Part shown: one piece after another, positions 38,122-51,415 of the stretch
Layout: the number at the start of each line of letters is the position of its first letter
Position numbering within the stretch: the stretch's first letter is position 1
Origin: Octopus sinensis
Lineage: Eukaryota
Direction of reading: 5' to 3'
DNA length: 64,000 nucleotides
Assembly: GCF_006345805.1 (NCBI RefSeq)
Contig: NC_043000.1
Coordinates: 67,952,001-68,016,000 of the forward strand
Program-made: the position numbers and the translations under genes
The notes under the pieces: model-generated
What the model was told of the DNA's origin: nothing
The model's input: only the letters and a program-made list of their open reading frames with translations
Databases searched by the model: none

Positions 38122-38754
38122 ACATGCAAATAAACATTTTTTTAGGAGGTCGGTGATTCTTTCAAGTTCATCTGCTACTTCACAAGTTTTGTTTTTCATT
38201 TTTCATTGCAGGGATGTCCCAGTTACCTCATGTAATTGCCGCTTAAGTTGCTGACAACTCGACCATGCATGGGTTGCGTTAGCTTATAAGTTAACAAGTG
38301 GCAGATCTTTGCAGGTCCTATGAGTGGAAGGCCGAGACGGTACATCAATTCGTAGAATTTAGGAGAGCTCCGTGAGTATCTGCATGGGGCTCTTCCCTTT
38401 ACAAAAATGTGATGAGGGACATATTTGGATTTTGGCTTTTGAGAGTATCCTCACCATGTCTGGGTCCGAAAGTAGTTTTGTCCCTCCCTTGCCAAATTTA
38501 TCTGTTTCCTTCGGAGTCCCAAGCTGTCTGAGATCTGACCGCTCTATCCCCGCTCTCTCTCTCACCCCCACGCGCGCGCGCACACACATACACATTCCTT
38601 CTCCCGTTTTCCACTCATAAGTTATTGTTCAACTGGAAATTATGGTAAAGACTCTTGACCAAAGTGTCGCACAATGGGATCGAACACGGTATCACAGAAA
38701 CAAACATTTTAACCACTTAACTAGGCTTGCTGCCGCGCGCGCGCGCGTGTGTGT

Positions 38755-39035
38755 GAAGGCGCGTGGATTAGTTGATAGGTTGTTGCATTCATGATAGCAA
38801 GGTGGTGGGTTCGATTCCTAGACCGGCGAGGCGTTGTGTTCTTGAGCAAAACACTTCACTTCACGTTGATCCACTCAACTGTGAATGGGTAACTCTGCGA
38901 AAGACTGGTCTTCCGTCCAACAGGAATGTTGTCCTGCACGTCTAGCCAGTGGGAGGGGGGCATCATTCGAAAGTTACAACAATGGAAGCACATTGTGACC
39001 CGCGGTGTATATACCAATACCTGATTGTGTGCTTG
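38755..39035 (+). mobile_element. tRNA/CORE-type SINE with a third tail type
   Basis: ggcgcgtggattagttg...ggttcgattcc...gttcttgagcaaaacacttcacttcacg followed by a tail unlike those at 21712 or 32785. Confidence 0.75.
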
Positions 39036-39084
39036 ATAAAATGATACAGTGACATACATATGTACATACATACGTACGTACGAA

Positions 39085-39128
<44 letters not shown>

Positions 39129-39292
39129 CACAGACACAGTTGATAGAGTTAACTATTGCTGGGCGAAGGGGTTACCCTGGGTTTCACGTAACCCCACAGA
39201 CTGGCCATAACTATATTTATCTAATTACTGCTCAAAAACTTAGAATGTGCTTCTCTTTCGGATATATGTTTTAGTAATGATATGTATATATG

Positions 39293-40165
39293 CGAAGGGG
39301 CGCCCGAAAAAAACCGGAATTTTGCAATTTTATTTTATTCACTTAATTTTATATGTGTACACTTTTATCGCCTTCAAACTATTCTCCATTTGAAGCAATG
39401 CGTCGGTCCAGGCGCATTTTTCACTGTTGGAAGCAGTGTCGGAACTCTTGCGAAGTGATGTCTTTTAACGCCTCCGTCGTTTTTTATCTTCACCTCTTCT
39501 ACATCTGCAAATTCCGTAGCACCAGCTTTCGTCACCAGAGATTACCTTCGAAAAAGAAGTCCGTATCAACTTCCAAATGTTCTTTCAGTTCACCAAACGC
39601 ATTCTATAGTCACTGCTTTTGATCTTCTGTGAGCAAACGAGGCACAAGTTTTACTGCAACTCTTTTAATTCACAATTCCTCGCTCAAAATTCGTTGGCAG
39701 GAGTTCCAGGACCCACCAGTCATATCAACAAGTTCGTCAACTGTTCGGTGACGATCCTCCAAAATCAGATCATGAATCTTCATGATGTTTTCATTCGTTT
39801 GGGAAGTCGACGGTCGCCCTGAACGAGGTTGGTCCTTAAGCGACGAGTGGCCATTCCTAAAACGTGAACACCACTCTTAAACTTGTGTTTTGATCATAAC
39901 AGCGACCTTGTAAATTGTTTGAAGCATGATAACTGTTTCGGCAGCCGTTTTCCCCCAGCAGAAAACAGAATTACGGTGTTCCTTCGTTTCAGCCATCGCA
40001 AAAATCGACGAACAGGGGAGGAGCACTGCAAAATAAAGACACCCCCCCGCCAGTCGGAAAACTGATGCCTGAGGGTTGCATCAAATGGCTTCTAGCAGCG
40101 GAAACCTGAACGACAACGGGCTTGTCCCATAGAGAATGTTTCCGGTTACTTTAGGGTATCCCTCG
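39293..40165 (-). mobile_element. Internally deleted mariner element with both TIRs
   Basis: Ends cgaaggggcgcccgaaaaaaaccggaat and tccggttactttagggtatccctcg; QPRSGRPST, KLVPRLLT and GDESWCYG joined directly to FADVEEVK. Confidence 0.9.
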
Positions 40166-40299
40166 TGAAGTGAATCGAACGGCTTTTGTGTGTTTCTTAA
40201 ATGGCTTATAAACACCTTCCACGCTGCAATTGTTTTCGTTTCAGCACACGATCTCAGATCAAATTACTTGCTATGCGAGTACATCTCCGTAAATATATA

Positions 40300-40355
<56 letters not shown>

Positions 40356-40678
40356 TCTTTATCTTTTATTAAACTTTTAATACTTTTGATATATATTTAA
40401 AATAATATAAATTAAATTTATTTTATGTATTGGCTTATGTTTTTCATTGTTTGATTTGCCTAATAGTGGTTTTATCTCTAATTTAATATTATATATATAT
40501 ATATATATTTTGTGAAATAGAAAGATGAATAATCTTGTTGCAGATTAATCAAAAGTTTAACCGATACCTTGGTAGCAAAAATCACAGCAGAAGACAGCAC
40601 GGTTGGAGGTACAACCATATGGTGTTGCAACCGTGCGTTGGTGCGGATAATTGAATCTTAATATTTCTTCAATTCACT

Positions 40679-40730
<52 letters not shown>

Positions 40731-41525
40731 ATGCCAGCATGGAAGGCGGACGTTAAACGATGATGATAATGATGATGATGATTATTATATATGTATATCA
40801 ACAGCGAGTACATATCCATATTGTCATGTCTGATCAAATTTGATAACTGTCATTAATGTTAATAGATATTTGGTCCACTTGATTACAAAGCAATTGATTA
40901 AAAATCCTTTTTTATTATGTAAATCTATAGAGATATCCTGAAAAAATTATTGGAATTAAAATATCAAAATGTTGAAGCATTTTTACGAAGTTTTTCACTG
41001 ACCTGTTGTTTACACCAAGTTTGTTGGTTTGAATGGGGAATAAGCACAGAAAGAGAAAAATAATGAAATAATTGGGGAGGAGGAAAGAGCGAACATAAGT
41101 AAAAGTGATGAAAATATTTCAGATTGTGATGTATGTGTGTGTGAGGGAGAAAGAGAGAAGGGGAGAAAGAGCACGTGTGTGTTCGCGTTTGACAAGGCAT
41201 AAAACTTTTGTACAGTTGAATTCAATTAGTAATACTATTGGTAAGGGAGGGTGAAAGACAAAGCAGAGCAACACGGAGATATGAAACTAAATACAGTAAA
41301 TAATTGGCTTTAGTCGTCTATCTTTTCTGTTGACGGCAACGTCTTAAACAGAGATAAAGTAGGTGAAAGTGAGGAAGAGAGAGAAGGGTATAGTATGTCG
41401 AGAACTTGGTACTTTGGACGTATTTCCATTGATATACACGTATTCACGTGGTTCCGCGTTTGTGGGTGGTTCGATTATTTAACCAAGTGTTTTGTTTATA
41501 GCAATATAACTGAAATCGCACGAAT

Positions 41526-41583
41526 ATGTTCGACCGTATTGAATGGAAAATATTTTTACCTTTGGTTTTGTATTGTGCTACAG
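41526..41583 (+). CDS. Exon 1 (signal peptide) of a six-cysteine single-pass membrane protein
   Basis: ATG TTC GAC...GCT ACA G|gtaaga encodes MFDRIEWKIFLPLVLYCAT(G); phase 1 matches the exon at 55454 and gives a G-L-A cleavage site. Confidence 0.7.
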
Positions 41584-41827
41584 GTAAGAGAGTTTTTTTG
41601 ATTTTTCTCTTTCTGAAATTTCTTTTCGGTTTTGAGTTCTGCGAATGTTAGGGTGGGGTTAGGGTCAGGCATTCGTTTAAAAAGAAAAGAGGAAAAAAAA
41701 CATAAGCAAATTAACAACTTAACTACTAGCAATATTATTTTAGCTACGCCACACACACACACACACACAGCGATAGAAAGACGGTCAAAATAGTGGGTAT
41801 GACAAGCATTCTTATGATTCTCCAATC

Positions 41828-42079
41828 CAGTGGTTTTCAACCATTTTTTGCCTATAGACCCTGTTAATTCCTCTTTTACTCGGGGGGCGGACACTCTGCC
41901 ATTCGATGTCTAAACACTCCTGTTATATTTTTACGATTAAATATTAAATATTACTAGGAACTATAAGAAAATTGTTTAAATATTGTATGTATTGTAGAAA
42001 TATAACCAGTTTATTGCACATAAATTTTAACAACAAAATCTTATATAGACTCTCAAGGGACCCCGGTTGAGTACCACTG
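41828..42079. mobile_element. hAT-like MITE
   Basis: TIRs cagtggttttcaacc / ggttgagtaccactg; tccaatc duplicated on both flanks. Confidence 0.8.
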
Positions 42080-42254
42080 AGTCCAATCTTTAAAATAAAA
42101 GATGAGGAGGCGTTGTCCAACCTACTAGATTTGATGACGTAAAAAGCGCAGGGGTATGTGAGACAAACCCCAATTTCAGAAGCATATAATTAAGTAAAAT
42201 TTCTTTTTGTACACGAAATCATGTAATATATAGGCTTACCTTGGCATATAGAAA

Positions 42255-42425
42255 CCAGGCTATATGGTAAAAATGTTACTTCCCAACCACATGGTTCCGG
42301 GTTCAGTCCCACAACGTAGCAGCTTGGCAAGTGTCTTCTACAATAGCCCCGAGCCAACCAAAACCTTGTGAGCGGATTTAGTAGACGGAAACTGAATGAA
42401 GCCTGTCGTGTGTGTGTGTCTATAA

Positions 42426-42462
<37 letters not shown>

Positions 42463-42610
42463 TTTGTATCTGTGTTTGTCCTCCACCAGCGCTTGACAAC
42501 TGGTGTTGGTGTAATTATGAAGTACTGGGATCGATTCATCCGACTAAAAAATTCTTGAATGCAGTGCTCCAGCGTGACCGCAGTTAAATGACTAACAAGT
42601 AAAAGATATG
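42255..42610 (+). mobile_element. SINE family A
   Basis: cttcccaaccacatggttccgggttcagtccc...gactaacaagtaaaag. Confidence 0.85.
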
Positions 42611-44453
42611 ATATATTTATTATTATTATTAAACGCAGTAATTATAGTCTCTGTAAATGCAAACCATAGTTAATAAAATACTCAGCCTTAAACCTGGAAA
42701 TTTTCATATAACTTTAGGCTTTTACTTCTGGAAATGATATATTCTAACAAACTTATGATAAAAGGTCTTCCTCTGTCGTATATGTTATAGAGCAATATTT
42801 TATCCCTTACGTTTTCGCGCTCCTATTCACGCTCTCTGGATCCACTTACTGTTTTTCTCTCATTCTCAGTATCCTCTCATGCCACCTTATTCTCTTCTGA
42901 ATACCCCTTTCACCTCCTATGTACCTCTGACCTAGTCCCCGACCCTGTGCATCTCTCTCACACTCCACATAACATGTGCTAACACTTGTCACCTGACGGG
43001 CCCAATCCTATATCTTTCACTTACTCTCTTCCAAACTGATATTCACCATTGACCCCACTCGTGTTCACAATTCACTGCATTCATTCTCCGTCTCCATCTC
43101 TATCCTTTCGCACTCTCCCGATCTTACCGATTCACACTTCCAATCCTCTGGGCCATTTCTCTTATGTTCACCTTCCCATACCTTAAGAGTGTGACCTGAC
43201 ACCTTTTCACCACCTTCTCTTTTTTTTCACCAGGGGTAGCCATGCGTCTCCTTTTACTACAAGACACATGCTTCTATCACTTTATCATACTTTTTACCTC
43301 TCTCAATGCTGCACTTCCCTCAGTTGAGGGAATTTATCTTGCGAATTATTTGGTAACCTCACTTGTGCCCGGTGCTATATAAGAACGAACCCAGTACACT
43401 CCATGGAGAGGTTGGCATTAGAACCCCCCCACCTCGCAGAAACCATGCCGAAGTAGACATTGCAGTTATATATTATGCTCATCGTTCAACGTCCGTTTTC
43501 CATGCTAGCATGAGTTGAACGGTTGGACAGGAGCCGACGAGCCAGAGGATTGCGCCTATCTCTGTACAAATGGGAACCTAAAAGCATTTCGTTTAAAGAG
43601 TGAAATAGAATTCAATATATTAAGTAGAGTCATTATATAATTTTATAGGGCAAATCAAATGTCACTGGGGCCAAATAACTATGCAGATGTAAATCTGAAT
43701 CTTTCTAGAGCTAGAATTTTCAAATCTAGATTCAAGAAAATTCTAAAACATCGAAATTACAAAATTAAATGCAACCATTAAAAATTAAACGTCAAAAAGC
43801 AATTGCCATGAGGCCTTGTCGCTATCACGATGTTAATGGTCCAAGTCCAATATATTTGACTCTATAGAGTCCGATATCCTTGGCAATAAAAAGAAATTGA
43901 ATAAAGCTGAAAAAAAAAAAATGAAAACCATAAACTATAAAATAACCGTGAATGCTAAGAAACTGGATCGCATCAGAAGGTTGATAACCGAGCGACAATC
44001 TCGGTAAAATTATACTCGCGTTTAGAATGTGGCAGGCCTCCAACGACTCCAATATATATACACAGAATAGTGAAACAGATAATAACAGGCAAAGAAAATG
44101 CTCAAAATTTGGAAAATAAATAAAGTCACAAGTAGATCATTCGGAGTTTGAGGAGAATCAGGTATTTTCAATTTTATTTCACTATCTGCATATTTAATTT
44201 CATTCTATTATCATACACATTGGACAGTAGCCTTTACCAATACCAAATTAAAACAAAGATTTAGGCCTAATAAAACGAGTCTTCCTTCCATCACACCCTA
44301 ATTAGACACGTTCAAAACAATCTCCTATTTAACTATCGCAAAATTTTCCGATCGTCTGCAAAAAGAAGTTTAGGAAATGGCGAAATATACCGGAAATATA
44401 CCATTGCTTACGTATATTCTCATCATCCCCAGCATGTTTCTACCATCCACAAG

Positions 44454-44808
44454 CAGTGCCGACTTAAGAATGAGCACACTGGGCAATTACTCACATCATA
44501 CACTTGTCCTGATCCGTGTATAATGTGACTTGTCAACAGATACCGTATTATCCGTAATACAAATCGAATGTAGTATATAGTGTAAACATGTAGAGTAAAC
44601 ATTCAGACTTCGTCACTAATTCTGCTGCATTTCGCATAGATTTTATGGTTCTCCAATGTTGTCTTTCTATATATGTCAACCTACTTTCTTTTGGCTGTAC
44701 GTTTTGGTCTGGAAAATTCAACTTGTATGCCAGATAATACGGTAAATATTATAGGTCTCAGTTCGTTACTTTGCCCGGGCAACTTATAATGTTTCTAAGA
44801 CGGCCCTG
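44454..44808. mobile_element. Probable hAT-like MITE
   Basis: Ends cagtgccgacttaag / ctaagacggccctg; flanks tccacaag / tctacctg match at only 5 of 8 positions. Confidence 0.5.
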
Positions 44809-46163
44809 TCTACCTGTAATCTAAAGTTGCCAACTATTGGATTGTGTAACCAGGTTAGCAAGCACAAACCAAGATGCTAAAAGTTCAGCTGATTGCTTCG
44901 ATATACTGAGATTTTGTAATAAACCACAGAGCCTCTTTCGTGAAAATTTTTCAGATGTTAAAGAGCTGTCTTATGCCAATGTTATTGCATATACTACACT
45001 TTATGTTATGTCGAGACTTTGCAAAACCAAACGATAGAAGGTCAGAATGTGTTATAAACAACTGATTTGAGAAGGTCTTTACTGCATGGAACGTTTTATT
45101 CCAAATTATGATATTCACATGGTGATATTTTGTAGTGGTTGAACCCGTTTATATTCGCAACACAAAAATAGCAATCTCTCTCTTTCTCTCCCCTCTCTCT
45201 CTCACTTACATATATAAACACTACATCTTTTCATACACAAAATGTCTCGACAATGATCTTGAAACGTCGATGTTCGCAACATGAAAAGACAGTCTGAGCC
45301 ATTGAAATTCAATGCAAGACGGTTGTAAGGTTTGATATGTTACTATATAGTAATTATTAGGGCTTGGGGAAGGGGACGTACAAACCAATTCTTACTTTAG
45401 TGAAGAAATAGTTAAAAAGTTGGAATATGATACCCATTTGCAAGTGTATTCATTTAGCTGCGAGATTTTCCTCGTTTTACTTCAATAAAGTAATATTAAA
45501 ATACTGACATTGACTTCATCGATAAATTTGTCATAATTTACTCGACTCGAAACAATAGCTGGCCGCTTTTGTGACAAGATGGGGAGTACTTATGTCACTC
45601 AATTATTTACAATGGAACTTTCCATTCAGCTGTTCGTCAACAGTGAAAAACATATCGTATTAAAGATTTTGTAGATTGTTTTCATTATGCTGATCGAGTT
45701 AACCGAAAGTATTTATATCCTTTGCAATTCGCTAAAAGCTATTTCCTTCCAAAGATTAAAACTGCCTGACCTTTCATTACTGATTTTATTTATTTATATA
45801 CTTTTATATTTTACTAAAAATGCTATCCCAACAGAATTAGGGCATTCAAACTATAAAATATTTTCAAATGTTGTCACTCTTTGTGAATTGGAACAAGTAT
45901 TAAAGTAAGAATGAATTCAACATATCAATTACCAATTTGATAGAATATAAGATATACCGCCCATTTCAAGGATGTTTTATAAGTTGGTTGTAAATGCACT
46001 TTTTCAACTTCATTACAATGGCCTGACTAGGGTGTGGCAGGTAGGGGCACATGCCCTAGATGCCAAATATTTCAAAGAAGAAAACATATTGCTTAAATTT
46101 TTAGTTTCAGTTAAAATGCGCTCTTTTGGAAATGAAGTGGTCCCGTTTTCTCCATCTCTCTGG

Positions 46164-46202
<39 letters not shown>

Positions 46203-46728
46203 ACACACACACTCTAAGAGATTCTATAAATGACAAGAGAACAAGAAATTATGCAATGAACTTCACTTCTGAAGCTCCGACAAAGCTGTAAGGTGATACA
46301 TAATGCAATGCACACAAGTATGAGTGCATTGCATCTTATAGCAGAAACAACTGTAAGTTAATGAAGTTTATTATATAATTGCATGTCCCCTAGTCATTTA
46401 TATGATCTCTTACTACACTCTGTACTCGAGTAACGGGTTTTTGTTTTGGAGCATATACATATTGAGTATTAACACCAGGTTATTAGTATTGCTTTACCTG
46501 AGAGTTCTATCTATCTATCTGTCTGTCTGTCTGTCTTTATCGAGAATCGAAACCACGATACTGCGATTGTGATGGTAATACGAAAAACATTGTATTTCCT
46601 GAAGTACTGATATGACAATATTCAAGGCTATAATGAGTACAGATTTAATGCAATGGAATGGATGTTGGCTCAACTTTTTTTTAACCATTGCATCTATTGT
46701 TGTTTTTGTATCTCAGTGTGTATAAAAA

Positions 46729-46940
46729 GGGAGCGAGCTGGCAGAATCGTTAGCACGCCGGGCAAAATGCTTAACGGCATTTCGTTCGTCTTTACGTTCT
46801 GAGTTCAAATTCCAACGAGTCGATTTTTCCTTTCATCCTTTCGGGGGTCGATAAAGCAAGTACCAGTTGAGCACTGGGGTCGATGCAATCGACTTATCCT
46901 CTCCCCCAAACTTGCTAGTCTTGAGCCAAAATTTGAGATC
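46729..46940 (+). mobile_element. SINE family C, fairly intact; partial inverted copy at about 47135-47228
   Basis: gagctggcagaatcgttagcacg head, gagttcaaattcc B box, cctttcatcctttcgggggtcgataaa centre. Confidence 0.85.
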
Positions 46941-47689
46941 AATATTGATAATACCTATCCTAACAGTTCTTGAAATAAAAAGAACTTGTTTTGCTGTTTA
47001 GTCAAGGAGAGACGGGTAGCGTCTATCGCAATATGCTTTGTCAGTAACCCTGAGACTGGCAGCAGGGAAGGAAGAAATTACTGTTTCAGTTGGAAACTTG
47101 GCCTGGCGGTTTTCCTCAGTGTGAATTTCTAAAAGCATCCAAGGCGGAATTTGAACCCAGAACGTAAAGACGAACGAAATGCCTCTAAGCGTTTTCTCCG
47201 GCGTACTAACGATTCTGCCAGCTTGCCACTCTCTAAACCATCTTTATATATTAAAAACAAAGCAAAAAAAAAAAAAAATGAAAATCCTATAATAAGAATA
47301 TGGCATTTGTTAAGGAAATCACCAGACGTCATTCGCCGTCCTGATGCCGCAGGAAGAAAGAATATAATTAACATTGAATAAATTATATATGGTTTTTACA
47401 TAATTAATATCACCTCTAATAAAAATACTTTTATTTTTATTGTGGGTTTGTTATCGCAAAGCTTGTTTTGTTTTCGCTGATTAATTTCGTTTGAACTTTA
47501 TCAAAGCTAATGATATAAGGTTGCCGGGTGAACAGTTACAAAGTCTCCTTATCAATTAATAATGTCCCCGTTATCGCTGGAAATACTGGAGAGTGGAAGG
47601 AAGCTCTACCGACGAGCCGATTCTCCGAACTTCTTTTGATTCTAGATTGTAAATGCTTCACTTTGGTAGCCATGGCTTTGAGAAAGGCT

Positions 47690-47940
47690 TTGTCTTTTAT
47701 CTTTTACTTGTTTCAGTCATTGAACTGCGGCCAGGGTTTTAGTCAAACGAATCGACCCAGTACTTATTCTATCGGTCTTTTTTGCCAAACTGTAAATCAC
47801 TGGGATGTAAAAAACCAACAGCGATTGTCAAGTAGTGATGGGGCAGGGGAACACAGGCACACACACATAGCCACATACATGTATAATAGACAGCTACAGA
47901 ATACCTAAGCTAGGATTCGAAACTGAATCCACATTGTCAA
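47690..47940 (-). mobile_element. SINE family A, partial
   Basis: cttttacttgtttcagtcatt is the reverse of the family A tail. Confidence 0.7.
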
Positions 47941-48164
47941 ACAAGTTCTGGGCCCATTATCTTACCCTTTTTGCACTGAGATGCCCAACGGTGTGGGCAT
48001 GCGAATTGCTGGTTTCAGTCTGTTGGCTAGCATTTCTTTGTATCCTACACTGGTGACTGTAAACCTCCTTTCCAAAAATGTCCCAGTATAAGACCTTTTG
48101 CGTCCAAGAAATGGTTAGCATCAATTTTTCTGCGAAAGGTTGAATCTTGTTTTTTTTTTTTCAC

Positions 48165-48871
48165 TAGCGGTTCCAGGTGTTTCCACTCCATACTCTGCCT
48201 TTTAGATTCTCACTCAAAGTGATGGGCCCAGGTGTCATTTCCTGTGACTATTCTCTCGAAGAAAGCTTCGTTTGCACCGTTGTAGCTGTTGAGTAAGCGT
48301 TGACACATCTTCAGGCTTATGCACTTCGGTAAGCTTTCTTGGCACCTATCTCACATAGACTTTACAAAACGCAACTTGTCGTCGATGATCTATGCAGAGC
48401 CATGTTTAATTTGCAGAGAACACACCACCTCATTGATAGTCACTGGTCGGTTCGCCAGAACCATCTCTCGAGCTTGTTGAATCTTCACGTCAGTGGTGGA
48501 GGTTGATGGGCGTCCTGCTTTCTCTTTGTGCTTCAAGCTTGTCTGGCCATTTTTGAACTTCTCGATTCACTTATTCACATTTCTACTGGGTAGAGCGTTG
48601 TCTCGTATTGTACTGAAAGCCTGCGATGAATTTCAGCCTCTAACAAACTTTCAGGCTAGAGAGATCGGATCACTGATCTCTGTTCTTCCTTAGTGCACAC
48701 TGCCAGCGGAACGGCCATGCTTACTATGTAACACAAGAAAGAAAACTGGAGCGATCAAGGTCAACCTTCAGTTACATAACTCCAAGAGTACCACCTAGTG
48801 CAGAAGGCACATAGTGCAACCAACTTAAAGAAAGTTTTAGCGAAAGTGCGGATAATTTTTGGCTTCCCTCG
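48165..48871 (-). mobile_element. Mariner 5' half with TIR
   Basis: TA-cgagggaagccaaaaattatccgcac terminus; AGRPSTST, RKVPRKL and IVTG.DTWAHHFE motifs; truncated after the first catalytic D. Confidence 0.85.
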
Positions 48872-51269
48872 TATATTAGCACTCAATAAACTCAACATAT
48901 TTAACTCGCGCATAGTTTAAGTGAATAAAACAAGCTTGCAAATTTATGTATGAGACTGAAATGTATGTATTCGATAAAGAATCCATAATAGAAATTACTG
49001 AGTCTCATTTCAAATGAATTTAAGCTAAGCGATATGTAAAATATTATGCTGTTTAAAATGTGTCATTTTTACCAACCCAATGCCCTTGTGGGTCATATAA
49101 TGACACCTAATTAGTTTTCACGCAATTAGAACAACAATTAATCAGTTAACATATGTTGGGAGTTGGACAGAATCAGTTACTAGACTTCTTTTTGTTTTTT
49201 ATTCAGAGCCATCCATCAATAGGTTTTGTTGACTAACTTGGCCAGGCTAATGATGATATTATAAGTTTAGCATTACAACGCAATATTTGTCGGTTACTCG
49301 TTTTTCGTATGCATTGCTACAACGTATCTATTTGTAGTTAGATGAAGTGGGCCAGCAGAATTAAAAGCCCTGGTTGCGGAAATATCTGTAAACCAACAGC
49401 AGCGACTTCAGTAGCAGCAGCTGCAATAACTGGTTTAATTAGTCTTTAACTGGTATGTGGTATTCACTTTATTAGCACCAGTAGGTCAGATATAGACTTA
49501 AGTTTAATGTTATAACTGTTTCTGTTATAAGCACTGGGCCTGAAATTTGGTGGGATGGATCTAGTTGATAGCATCGACCCCAGTGCTCAACTAGTGCATA
49601 TTTTATTGAGCTCGAAGGATGAAAGGCAAAATCGATCACAGTATTCGTCTGGTCGTTATGAAGTCGCTCTCAAACACGCTTCAGGACAACAGAGGTGCTG
49701 TCTCTTCAAGTCCCTTCCAATCCCTAGGCAAAATACTTGTCTATTACAAGTAATTTTCGAACAAGTTCATAACATCAAAGTAAAGTGAGGCATTTAAAAT
49801 AAAGTGTAGCCGTGAAAACAACTCAATTTAGAACAGTGGCAGTTTTCTTTTTTCTTTAACAGATCCTATTAAGGCTATGAATCATTTTATCCTGTCATCT
49901 CACACTTGATTACAAAATGTGTGAAATCTTTATAAAATCGCGATTTTAAAGAAAAATTCACAGAATATAAATTTATTTACGAACTTGAATAGAAACTTTG
50001 CTTGTTTGCTAAAATCAATGTTGATCAAGCAATGAGTCACCCAGAAATAGAAGGGAAATATACAGCACAGCGTTGCGATTAAGTTACTAATCAAATATCA
50101 AATTATTCTATAATTTGAATGGAAATTTTTACGTTGTATGTGTATTATAAATTTAAGTACGTCAGGAGATGTAAAGTGAATAATTTAATGATTTGGGATA
50201 TAGACCAACCCGGAACTGGATCCAATCTTGGAAATGTGTTTTACACTTGTGGAACGTGAGCTACAAATATTACCGTACAAAGCACCCATTAAGCAATTAA
50301 AATATGAAAACAAAACCACAGCAACCAAGAAAAGAGTAACAATGATAAGAGCACTCGGGGAGCGCAAACCTCCGCCAAGGGAACACCAACGTCATCGTTT
50401 ATTTTATTGTCCACAAGGGGCTAAATATAGAGGTTTTTACAATAAAAAGACAATACAAAACATAAAATTAGGGAAATAAAGATATAAAAAAGAAATCGAG
50501 CAAGGAAGAAAAAATAAAAAGAAACGAATGAAATTATGAATAATGATAAAATGAGGTACAATGCCCACTCGACCCCCAAAGTCGAGTGGACATTTAGACA
50601 TAATTTTGGACAGTTTTTCCTCTTTTTGCCTTTTTTTTAAACAAAAAGTTCATATTTTCATCACTTCTTTTTTATATTATTCATATATATTGCGTCTCCA
50701 ATTTTCTCAACTCTTCATATTCCACTACGGGTGGTAGAGCGTCATGCACCCACAGCCCGTCATTCATAGTCACCAATTCACCATATGAATCGATGAACAC
50801 ATCGTATCTCTCTTCATTCACCAAAATACGCTTTTCATTCTCCTCGAAATTCTCTCTGAGCAGCTTCACCCTCACTAGTCCTTTCCGCTTTGATATTCTT
50901 CTTTCTACCTCCACACTCTTTTCGATGATGATCAAGAATTTCTTATGGCTTTCTTTTTCTCTTGGTTTTGTCTCTACTGCATGCGTATGCTTAAGTTTAG
51001 GCGGCTCTTAACCTTTTGGGGGCGTCCTCTCGGTTTCTGTTGTTGGTCCCTGCGAGTGTTCCCTTGACTTCGCCTTCTTTCTCCTTTTCCGGCTGACAAA
51101 CCCGTCACTCCCCTCCTTTGCCGCTTTTGTTCTGTCTTTTTTCATCTTTACTTCCTTTTCTATGTCTCTAACGCACTTTGTATCGCTTTTGCCCTCTCCG
51201 TCTTTCCTTGCTTTGTGCCGTCTGCAGTGGGAACAGGGACAATTTTCTCTATGAAGGCCTTTTTTTAGT

Positions 51270-51415
51270 CTATCCACTGATATAGTGTCTTTACGATCGT
51301 TGAGGTCTATAGTGAAAAATTTATCCGTGCGTGAAAGAAAACGGAAAGGTGCTGCACACGGTGCTGTTAACGGAGGTTTAACATCGTTGTGCACAAAAAC
51401 GTAAGTCCAAGAAAT
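51270..51415 (-). mobile_element. Short Gypsy integrase C-terminal fragment
   Basis: SWTYVFVHNDVKPPLTAPCAAPFRFLSRTDKFFTIDLNDRKDTISVDRLKK parallels TWTYVFVRIDAVKGPLTPPCTGPY at about 26000. Confidence 0.8.

Noticed and set aside
50185-50479. Possible Polinton/viral polymerase-like or other coding fragment
   Set aside because: Only a vague GSS..YIP resemblance; the frames are short and interrupted.
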